DNA from: Candidatus Nanosynbacter lyticus
GTDB taxonomy: Bacteria; Patescibacteriota; Saccharimonadia; Saccharimonadales; Saccharimonadaceae
Length of the DNA: 32,000 nt
Assembly (NCBI RefSeq): GCF_030253515.1
Contig: NZ_CP124549.1
Span: 510,001 to 542,000, forward strand
Reading direction: 5' to 3'
Shown: positions 7,871-14,788 of the stretch, in pieces
How positions within the stretch are numbered: the first letter of the stretch is position 1
How the letters are laid out: each line of letters starts with the position of its first letter
The notes under the pieces: generated by a model
Seen by the model: only the letters and a program-made list of their open reading frames with translations
Told to the model about the DNA's origin: nothing
Database searches by the model: none
Made by a program: the position numbers and the translations under genes

Positions 7871-9391
7871 TTATGAGCGTTTTTTCCGCATCATCAGCAC
7901 TGCACCGCCGACAACAGCAGCAACCCCAGCCCCGATCGCTACCAGCAAACTCGTACCGGTATCGGCTAGCTGACTACCCGACTGACCCTGCGAAGCGCCC
8001 GGCTGCCCTGGTTGACCCGGCTGGCTAGGAGCACCTGGATTGCCTGGCGCCGTTGGCACAGCGTTCCACTTAGCGTATAGCGTGAAGTTAGAATTTGGCA
8101 TCGTATGGACGTTAAAGTCCCACTGCATCAGATAAGTTGGATCAGCGTACCACCCAGCAAAAGTATAGCCAGCCCGCGTCGGATCAGCTGGCCGCACCGC
8201 TTTGGCAGTGTAGGCGACCGTTTGAGATGGTACCGGTGAGCCTGAGCCGGTATCAAACGTCAGCGTGTAGGTCGGGCACTGCTTGGCATCACCATTGATC
8301 GTCCAGCCATGACCACCGTCGGCCACTGTCTTTTGCAGCACTGCATGCGCCGCCTCCGCCGTACAATATTTCAGGCTAGCCGCACCCAGCGTCACTGGTG
8401 ACTTGAGTACTGCGTTATTCCAGGCAGTCAGTGTTGCGTCGTAATTTTGCACCGATAGCGCCGTATTATCAAGCATATTCGCCCCGCCAGCATACGGATT
8501 CCCCGTAACATCTTGTAGCGAAGTCAATTGCCAGCCAGCCAGCGACTGGTTGAATGCCCGCGCATTGGCCAACATCCGCACCATAGCATGTGCCTTCGTC
8601 ATATTCCACAGCCCGATCGGCTGATTGAACGAATTTGCCCACTCGAACATACTATCAGCGTATTCAAGTTTTGCAGTATTCCAGCTGGCAATTGACGAAC
8701 TGCCGCCGTTATTGAACGCCCCTGCATACGCAAACATATGGCCAGCGCTCGTCACATTTCCCATGTTCCACGAACCGATGTTTTGGTTAAACTGTCCGGC
8801 GCCATGGAACATATTAGCGGTTGTCGTCACATTTGATGTATTCCATTGCCAGTTGGCACCCTCACCCTTGAGCGAGTGAGCCGTGTCGAACATGCTCTGT
8901 AAGCTCGTTACGTTCGTGAGATTTGGCACGTCAGTCGCCTTGACGTCCATATTCTCAGCGCCCCGAAACGCCGAGTCCATGCTGCGCCACGCACCCGTTC
9001 CCCACTGGTCAACTGACATGATTTTCAAACGATCACCGGCATTATTCACATAAATCTGCGGGAATGTACCGCCGATACGAATTGTGTGACGACCCTCGTC
9101 GCTGTATGTACAGGTATGGCTACCGGTCACACCCACAGCGTCAGGAATACCGTCATTGTTACAGTCGACCGTATAATTATATCCCCCGCCTGTCACCGGT
9201 ATAGTAAATTGATCGGTGTTTGATACGCCTGGTTTCGTGGTGTCAATCGTCATGACAAAATCAGTATTGTTAATTGGATCAGCTTTCGCTGGCTGCGTCA
9301 TCGCAAGTAGCGTCAGGCCACTAACACCGAGCATGATAACTCCCGCCGTTAGTATCGGCAGTGCGCGCATACGTCGTCGTAAATATTTCAT
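7871..9391 (-). CDS. Sortase-anchored surface protein: DUF285/BspA-type 26-residue repeats + Listeria-Bacteroides (Flg_new) repeat + LADTG sorting signal
   Basis: Signal peptide ...GLTLLAMTQPAKA. Repeats carry the F(N)Q(N/P)IxxWN(M/T)xxVT signature (GQFNQNIGSWNMGNVTSAGHMF, NSFNQPIGLWNMTKAH, RAFNQSLAGWQL). YTLTFDTGSGSP...GYTFAGWYADP...FTLYAKW follows, then a P/G/Q linker, LADTG (nt 7955-7969), a hydrophobic helix and RKKRS. SD GGGGG at 9395-9399. Confidence 0.85.
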   Translation of the reverse strand: MKYLRRRMRALPILTAGVIMLGVSGLTLLAMTQPAKADPINNTDFVMTIDTTKPGVSNTDQFTIPVTGGGYNYTVDCNNDGIPDAVGVTGSHTCTYSDEGRHTIRIGGTFPQIYVNNAGDRLKIMSVDQWGTGAWRSMDSAFRGAENMDVKATDVPNLTNVTSLQSMFDTAHSLKGEGANWQWNTSNVTTTANMFHGAGQFNQNIGSWNMGNVTSAGHMFAYAGAFNNGGSSSIASWNTAKLEYADSMFEWANSFNQPIGLWNMTKAHAMVRMLANARAFNQSLAGWQLTSLQDVTGNPYAGGANMLDNTALSVQNYDATLTAWNNAVLKSPVTLGAASLKYCTAEAAHAVLQKTVADGGHGWTINGDAKQCPTYTLTFDTGSGSPVPSQTVAYTAKAVRPADPTRAGYTFAGWYADPTYLMQWDFNVHTMPNSNFTLYAKWNAVPTAPGNPGAPSQPGQPGQPGASQGQSGSQLADTGTSLLVAIGAGVAAVVGGAVLMMRKKRS

Positions 9392-9437
9392 AAACCCCCT
9401 ATCATATTCAAGTTACTTCGTTGTACTATTACCTCAA

Positions 9438-9467
9438 ATAATACGTGACTAAGCCCTCCATTGTCAA
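9438..9467 (-). promoter_or_regulatory. Sigma70-type promoter of the surface-protein gene
   Basis: Minus strand: TTGACA (9467-9462), 18-nt spacer, TATTAT (9443-9438). It starts 1 nt after the rpsP terminator U-tract and gives a ~40-nt leader with an SD. Confidence 0.55.
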
Positions 9468-9468
9468 G

Positions 9469-9495
9469 AAAATCCCGCCCTCATCGCGGACGGGA
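9469..9495 (-). terminator. Rho-independent terminator of rpsP
   Basis: The minus strand reads TCCCGTCC-gcgatga-GGGCGGGA-TTTT: an 8-bp stem including one G.U pair, a 7-nt loop and a T-tract. It lies 24 nt after the rpsP stop. Confidence 0.7.
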
Positions 9496-9519
9496 AATGT
9501 CTCAGTTTATTACGTCGTA

Positions 9520-9882
9520 TTATTCAGCGCCTGACTCATCAGTATCTGACTGAACTGGCTCTTCTTTTGGCTGGTTTTTACGAAGCTTCTCTGGATTGCG
9601 GATGGCTTTGTGCCTATCAGCAGCTGGCTCTTTAACCCACTTTGGCAAGGCGACGCCAGCTTCTTTCAATAACTTAACAACACGCGGTGTTGGCTGGGCA
9701 CCATTGTCCAAATATTTCTGTGCTAATTCAGCCTGAATATTTGCTGCTTTAGTGTGTGGATTGTAGCTGCCGACATACGCGACCACGCGACCGCTTGATG
9801 GATGGCGCTGCGCCTCTTGTACTGCCAGGCGGTACACCGGATAACCCTTGCGACCCAACCGTTGCAAACGAATTGCTAGCAT
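9520..9882 (-). CDS. rpsP: 30S ribosomal protein S16 with a K/E-rich C-terminal extension
   Basis: MLAIRLQRLGRKGYPVYRLAVQEAQRHPSSGRVVAYVGSYNP is a canonical S16 N-terminus. 120 aa versus ~80-90 typical. The tail is ...RNPEKLRKNQPKEEPVQSDTDESGAE. Confidence 0.92.
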   Translation of the reverse strand: MLAIRLQRLGRKGYPVYRLAVQEAQRHPSSGRVVAYVGSYNPHTKAANIQAELAQKYLDNGAQPTPRVVKLLKEAGVALPKWVKEPAADRHKAIRNPEKLRKNQPKEEPVQSDTDESGAE

Positions 9883-9935
9883 GTGTGATTTCTTCCTTTT
9901 CTTACAACTCTTTGATTAATGTATTACTCCTAGAG

Positions 9936-9964
9936 AGTGTACACTATTTCGCTATGTACGTCAA
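9936..9964 (-). promoter_or_regulatory. Candidate promoter of rpsP
   Basis: Minus strand: TTGACG (9964-9959), 17-nt spacer, TACACT (9941-9936). This gives a ~50-nt leader containing AAAAGGAAG before ATG 9882. Confidence 0.4.
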
Positions 9965-9983
9965 TTCTGTCTTGAGTCTGCTA

Positions 9984-10013
9984 TTGACTTTTTATGTCTA
10001 TCTGTTGTAATAT
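9984..10013 (+). promoter_or_regulatory. Sigma70-type promoter of the 10020-10733 gene (leaderless geometry)
   Basis: TTGACT (9984-9989), 18-nt spacer, TAATAT (10008-10013), then 6 nt (ccaaat) to ATG 10020. No SD. Confidence 0.55.
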
Positions 10014-10019
10014 CCAAAT

Positions 10020-10733
10020 ATGCCACATGAACATATCCAACCAAGAGAAATCGATGATACAGATTTTATTATTTCGGGTCTGCTTGGCGAAGGCGGCTCA
10101 AAAACAGTATTTGACGCAATCATTAATGGAAAAAGAAGGGCGCTGGCGATACCGAATAGTATTGACGATCCCGATACACAGGCAGAGAAATGGAACAGTG
10201 TATTACAAGAACCCGAAAACGCGAAACTACTGTCTGAATTAGGACTTCTCACCATTCCAGAATACGAAATAATGGTTACTACTATAAACGGTCGGGAATT
10301 ACCAGTACTAAGCATGACGCCATTTTCTGACCTTCCTTTTAAGGTCTTTGACGGCAAGGATGGAACACAGACATATACACACGGTCCACTTTCTCATATT
10401 GAACATTTTTCAGATATTTCTTCCTATATCACTGGTTTTGGCGCCGATATCGCCACGCTCACACAATCGGGAATCGTCCTGTCACGAGACAGCATATCGT
10501 TTGCCGCTTTGCCCGATGGATCAATGCGCTTATTCTTCTACGATTTACAGGGTATGACAATTAATGATGACTCGGTTAATAAAGATGAGCTTAGAGAGGA
10601 TTATTCAAAACTAGTCGTCTATATGTTAGACAACATATTCGACTACCAGCAGTTGATGCGTTTTGAAGCGCAGGGCTACGATTTTCGTAAGCGCATGAAT
10701 CTATCACAGAAACTTCAAGTAATCGCTAATTAA
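10020..10733 (+). CDS. Hypothetical protein with a degenerate protein-kinase-like motif pattern (minimal atypical kinase or pseudokinase candidate)
   Basis: 237 aa. Gly-rich loop LLGEGGSKTVF (nt 10080-10112), RALAIP in place of VAIK, LSRD157SISF, and FYD175LQG with an 18-residue D-to-D spacing. Sampled GC is ~40-43%. It has its own promoter and is convergent with mnmA. Confidence 0.6.
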   Translation: MPHEHIQPREIDDTDFIISGLLGEGGSKTVFDAIINGKRRALAIPNSIDDPDTQAEKWNSVLQEPENAKLLSELGLLTIPEYEIMVTTINGRELPVLSMTPFSDLPFKVFDGKDGTQTYTHGPLSHIEHFSDISSYITGFGADIATLTQSGIVLSRDSISFAALPDGSMRLFFYDLQGMTINDDSVNKDELREDYSKLVVYMLDNIFDYQQLMRFEAQGYDFRKRMNLSQKLQVIAN

Positions 10734-10891
10734 CTTTTTATCATTCTTGACGCAAAGTGTATAATTTACCCAACAAAAGCCGTAGCCAACAGAGCAGAAA
10801 AAGAGGAACGCCATCTTGAGGCACCCGGTATTAATTGCCATCATGATCAATCCAGAGACGGAGCGATAGCAACAGTAATCTATTAAATGAC

Positions 10892-12115
10892 TTAGCAAAT
10901 AATCCCGCCACCCAAACATTCCTCGCCGTCATATATTACGGCTGACTGACCTGGGGCGACGGCGCGCTGCGGTTCAGACAGGGCAATCGTTATTTTCTCG
11001 CCATCATTATTATTCACACGTGTAACTTCCGCCTTGATCAATGGCGCTCGGTGTCGCACTCGGATGTGGTAGGTGCCGTCTTTTGGCGGCTGGTTAATCC
11101 AGTGAACGTCAGCCAGTGTCAATCCTTTCCGCCACAAATTATCATCATCAATTGAGCGGGACACGTAAACTTCATTCTTGGCCATATCTTTGCCGACGAC
11201 ATAGTACGGCAAGCCGCCACCAACATTCAAGCCGTGCCGCTGCCCCAAAGTGTAAAATATCGCCCCGCCGTGCCGGCCAACAATCGCGCCCGTTGGCTGA
11301 TCAATGATATCGCCTGGTCTAGTCTCAACATATTCTGACAAAAACTCACGAATTCCCACTTGCCCAACAAAGCAAATCCCCATCGATTCTTTTTTACTGG
11401 CCGTCCACAAACCCCGCTCTTTGGCCATCTCGCGCACCTCAACCTTGGTAAAATCGCCGAGCGGGAACATAGTTTTCGCCAGCGCCTCGGACGTCACACG
11501 GTACAAAAAATAGGTTTGGTCTTTATTGTCGTCGTGCGCCCGAAGTAAGCGAGCAGCGTTGGGTAATGATGGCGCTTTGACGAACCCAGGCGTGAACGTT
11601 GATTCGTCCTGAATCGCCGAGGACTGTCTGAACGCAGTGAGTTCCGCAGGCGACAGTGACGGATCAACGTGAACACCATGGCGTGAGGCAACCGCGCCAG
11701 AACTACCCAACACTGCACCGTCTACTACATGTTCAGCTCGTGCATAATGCCCCGTCGCAATATACTCCGCACCCGCTGCCAACGACGCTTCCAAAAATAA
11801 CTTAAACTTCACCTCTTGATTACACATTACATCAGGGTTTGGCGTCCGACCCGCTTGGTATTCGCGGATCATATAGTCAACGACATTTTGCTTGTACTCT
11901 TTCTGAAAATCAAACACTTGAAAATCAATTCCCAGCCCCACTGCCACGCGCTTGGCATCAGCCACATCTTCCGCCCATGGACAGTGCATACCCGGCAAAT
12001 CCTCTGACCAATTTTTCATATAGACGCCAGTGACGTCGTTACCTTGCTCGACCAATAGCGCTGCCGCTACCGACGAATCAACGCCGCCTGACATACCGAC
12101 GAATACCCGAGCCAT
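10892..12115 (-). CDS. mnmA: tRNA-specific 2-thiouridylase MnmA (with a ~55-aa internal insertion)
   Basis: The true start is MARVFVGMSGGVDSSVAAALL (PP-loop SGGVDS) at ATG 12115, which overlaps the upstream stop as TGATG. Other motifs are NPDVMCN, IATGHYAR, NKDQTYFLY and a C-terminal GGGII. The ORF-track 5' extension to 12211 is rejected. Confidence 0.9.
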   Translation of the reverse strand: MARVFVGMSGGVDSSVAAALLVEQGNDVTGVYMKNWSEDLPGMHCPWAEDVADAKRVAVGLGIDFQVFDFQKEYKQNVVDYMIREYQAGRTPNPDVMCNQEVKFKLFLEASLAAGAEYIATGHYARAEHVVDGAVLGSSGAVASRHGVHVDPSLSPAELTAFRQSSAIQDESTFTPGFVKAPSLPNAARLLRAHDDNKDQTYFLYRVTSEALAKTMFPLGDFTKVEVREMAKERGLWTASKKESMGICFVGQVGIREFLSEYVETRPGDIIDQPTGAIVGRHGGAIFYTLGQRHGLNVGGGLPYYVVGKDMAKNEVYVSRSIDDDNLWRKGLTLADVHWINQPPKDGTYHIRVRHRAPLIKAEVTRVNNNDGEKITIALSEPQRAVAPGQSAVIYDGEECLGGGIIC

Positions 12116-12711
12116 CAGCGCGACACTCCCAGCGCAAATAAACCGATCCGCAGCAATTCGCCGACCGCCAGCCACCAGCCCCACGGTGTCAGCCACCACC
12201 ATGCACTCCAATGCTTATCCTGCGCCGCCGGATGCGCCCGCAGTTCAACGTTCGGCAGTTGTGCTGAAAACTCGGCCAGTGCCCGCCGCATGTGATAGCC
12301 GCTGGTGACCAGAATGACACGCTTGATGCCACGCTGCGCTATGATGTTTGCCACTTCTTGGGCATTCTGCTTAGTGGTTTCTGAACGTTCATCCATCACC
12401 AAGGCCGCAGCTGACACACCCGCCGCTTCGGCTTGTTTTCTCATGGCGGCGGCGTTAGACGGGCCGGATTTATCGGCTGCAGCACCGGATAAGATAATAG
12501 TCGGCGCCCAGCCAGCTTGATATAATTTGACTGCCTCAGCCGTGCGCGCTTCCGTGTCACCGCCGCTGATGACAATGATGGCGCCCGCTTTTTGACATTG
12601 CCCCGAGCCCGGGCGTGGACAATCTTTCAAGTCATCCGGCGACAAATAATAGCTCAGGCCGACAATGACTGCGATCGCAATTAATACCAAGCCGATTAAC
12701 CGATGAATCAC
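12115..12711 (-). CDS. DUF218/YdcF (ElyC/SanA-like) membrane protein
   Basis: IIVISGGDTEARTAEAVKLYQAGWAPTIILSG...ERSETTKQNA...VILVTSGYHMRRA matches the DUF218 pattern, with an N-terminal TM LIGLVLIAIAVIVGLSYYL. The GTG start at 12711 is preferred because it gives a GTGA overlap with the upstream stop. The alternative start is the ORF-track one at 12768. Confidence 0.75.
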   Translation of the reverse strand: MIHRLIGLVLIAIAVIVGLSYYLSPDDLKDCPRPGSGQCQKAGAIIVISGGDTEARTAEAVKLYQAGWAPTIILSGAAADKSGPSNAAAMRKQAEAAGVSAAALVMDERSETTKQNAQEVANIIAQRGIKRVILVTSGYHMRRALAEFSAQLPNVELRAHPAAQDKHWSAWWWLTPWGWWLAVGELLRIGLFALGVSR

Positions 12712-13862
12712 TGCATCCTCGCCTTCTCGCGCCGCACCGCCCCAATGATTAACTCTGCCGCCTGACACACATTAGTCTCATCGTTCAACCGCCCCAACGT
12801 CAGCCGCAGACTACCATCAATCGCCGCATCACTTAGCCCAATCGCCGCCAAAACATGTGATCGCGTCCCCGAATTAGCCGCACAGGCACTACCCGTCGCC
12901 GCCAGCACGCCGCGCGCTTCCAATAAAAACACCAATCGTTCGGCGTCAACACCAGGAAATGAAATATTGAGGAAATTAACTAGCGATTTTTTCTGATCAG
13001 AAGAAATAATCATGTCAGGGAAAGCCGCTAATAGTTTTTTTGCTAACGTATCACGCAGTCCTCGCAGCCGTTTTACTTCACCGCTGCGACGCTTGGCGGC
13101 TAGTTCCAGCGCCGTCGCAAAACCGACCACGCCAGCCACATTTTCCGTGCCGCTGCGCAGACCCGCCTCCTGCCCGCCGCCGACAATGTTCGGCTGTAGC
13201 TTGACGCCCGGCCGCATCCATAGCAAACCAACCTGCTTCGGCCCATAAACTTTTGCCGCTGATAGCGTCAACAAATCAACACCCAGCCGTTTAATTTTCA
13301 CATCCATCAGCGCTGCGGTCTGCGAGGCGTCGGTATGAAAAATGAGCGGCGTTGATTCGCCATTTTCTTGGCGCCTGACGCGCTCGAGCCTCACAACTTC
13401 CGCGATCTCTTCAACGGGCTGGATATACCCCAGCTCATGATTCGCCAGCGCGATGCTCATAAAACTAACGTCTGGCGTCAGCAGTTTTTTAACAGCCTGC
13501 GGATCGATGCGTCCATTGTTCATCGGTGGGATAAGCCGAACGTCAGAGCGCGCTTTTGCAGAATTGATAACCGAGCTATGCTCAATCGTCGAAACTAAAC
13601 TCACGCCACCCGCCACGGTAAATGCCAAATTAATAGACTCCGTGGCGCCAGCTGTCATCACTAATTCATCCGCAGCCACACCCAGTACCCGGGCGATGCG
13701 CGACTTTGCCTCGCGGTAATCACGCTTGACGGTGACCGCCGGTGCATATGGACTGGATGGATTGAAAAACTTCTCGGAAAAATACGGCTGCATTGCTTCA
13801 ATCACCAACGGATCCATTGGCGTAGCAGCAGCGTGATCAAGATATATCATAGAGGATTCCAC
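12708..13862 (-). CDS. Cysteine desulfurase (class V aminotransferase, NifS/IscS/YrvO-like)
   Basis: YLDHAAATP, HTDASQ, PLP-lysine context LSAAKVYGPKQ, and active-site Cys loop ATGSACAANSGTRSHVL. The start is either GTG 13862 (7 nt after TGGTATAAT) or ATG 13850. Confidence 0.88.
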   Translation of the reverse strand: MESSMIYLDHAAATPMDPLVIEAMQPYFSEKFFNPSSPYAPAVTVKRDYREAKSRIARVLGVAADELVMTAGATESINLAFTVAGGVSLVSTIEHSSVINSAKARSDVRLIPPMNNGRIDPQAVKKLLTPDVSFMSIALANHELGYIQPVEEIAEVVRLERVRRQENGESTPLIFHTDASQTAALMDVKIKRLGVDLLTLSAAKVYGPKQVGLLWMRPGVKLQPNIVGGGQEAGLRSGTENVAGVVGFATALELAAKRRSGEVKRLRGLRDTLAKKLLAAFPDMIISSDQKKSLVNFLNISFPGVDAERLVFLLEARGVLAATGSACAANSGTRSHVLAAIGLSDAAIDGSLRLTLGRLNDETNVCQAAELIIGAVRREKARMQ

Positions 13863-13869
13863 ACATACT

Positions 13870-13878
13870 ATTATACCA
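13870..13878 (-). promoter_or_regulatory. Extended -10 promoter of the cysteine desulfurase-DUF218-mnmA unit
   Basis: The minus strand reads TGGTATAAT, then 7 nt (agtatgt), then GTG 13862. It lies in the 33-nt gap after the upstream stop. Confidence 0.5.
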
Positions 13879-13895
13879 AGCGGCCCTGATGGCGG

Positions 13896-14399
13896 CTACA
13901 CCAACTGCCCAGTTTTCGGATCGCGATTATATAGCTGGCGCGCTACCCGTTCATGATACTCATTGACCGCCAGTACAAAATTTTGTAGCTCCTGGCCTTC
14001 GAGATAGTTATACTGATAGTTAGGCTGGATTTTCAAGATACCCTTCGGCTGCACCTCGTAGCGCGTCGTCAGCTCGTGGCGCTTGCCATCCTTGCTCATC
14101 ACCTCTTCGTGCCAAATCCACGTCGTTTTATCGAGGTTAAAGAACGTCCGTCGGACGACGTGATCAGGCTTGTCACCAAAAATCGTTGCACCAATTTCAC
14201 TCTCCAGCTGAATCAGCTCACGCTCAGTTAATTTTTTCAGCGGCCGGTCTTTACGAGTAAGTCGCAGCAGCGAGCGCGTCGATTTCGGAACCTTTGGCGC
14301 TGAGGCAGTGTGGACCGGCTTTGCCGATTGAGACGAGCGTGAAAGACGCGTGTTATCCGCCAAGACGAGACCAAGGGCTTTTTTGAGAATCGTTGGCAT
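13896..14399 (-). CDS. Hypothetical protein (basic disordered N-terminus plus ~100-aa W/Y-rich globular C-domain)
   Basis: 167-aa ORF with a strong SD: GGAGGTG (14404-14410) followed by 4 nt and ATG 14399. No recognisable motif. Confidence 0.7.
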   Translation of the reverse strand: MPTILKKALGLVLADNTRLSRSSQSAKPVHTASAPKVPKSTRSLLRLTRKDRPLKKLTERELIQLESEIGATIFGDKPDHVVRRTFFNLDKTTWIWHEEVMSKDGKRHELTTRYEVQPKGILKIQPNYQYNYLEGQELQNFVLAVNEYHERVARQLYNRDPKTGQLV

Positions 14400-14412
14400 A
14401 AATCACCTCCTT

Positions 14413-14775
14413 TTAGGCTGCTCGTCTATAATTATTTCTATGATCCTTTGGCATGGTGTCAGACGCGCCGAGTGTTCTTGCTGTAGCTGCATTATAACCC
14501 ACTCGATACGCCGCAATGCGCCCACCAATTGCTTCAACAGTTCGCAAACATTCTTCAACTAATTCTTCTAGCTTGCGCCGTTCCGCTAGCGATACCTTCG
14601 CCGGCTCGGCCGCACCAGCCACCACCTCGGCACTACCGCGCACCGCTGCTGCGGACAGACGCGGCGCCACTCGCTGTGATCGCTCTGGGTGTGCTTGCGT
14701 CGCCAAATCCAGCGCTTCGGCCCGCGCCTTTTGAATCGACATCATTTCTGTGATTGGTCTTGGCTGCTGATTCAT
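14413..14775 (-). CDS. Hypothetical protein (A/R/E-rich, 120 aa)
   Basis: ORF-track ORF trimmed to ATG 14775 (MNQQPRP...), which removes the overlap with tatD and places GGAGAG (14779-14784) upstream. No recognisable motif. Confidence 0.55.
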   Translation of the reverse strand: MNQQPRPITEMMSIQKARAEALDLATQAHPERSQRVAPRLSAAAVRGSAEVVAGAAEPAKVSLAERRKLEELVEECLRTVEAIGGRIAAYRVGYNAATARTLGASDTMPKDHRNNYRRAA

Positions 14776-14788
14776 TATCTCTCCACTG

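Noticed and set aside
10747-10765. TTGACG + TATAAT read as a complete promoter
   Set aside because: The two hexamers are only 7 nt apart, which is incompatible with sigma70 spacing. Only the -10 is retained, as a curiosity in the spacer finding.
10816-10869. 17-codon micro-ORF (TTG start, MRHPVLIAIMINPETER) after a GAGGA-like tract
   Set aside because: It is too short, has a non-ATG start, and nothing corroborates it.
4961-10891. Low-GC orphans as parts of a mobile element or genomic island
   Set aside because: No integrase, transposase, tRNA target, inverted repeats or convincing direct repeats flank them. They are reported only as single-gene insertions.
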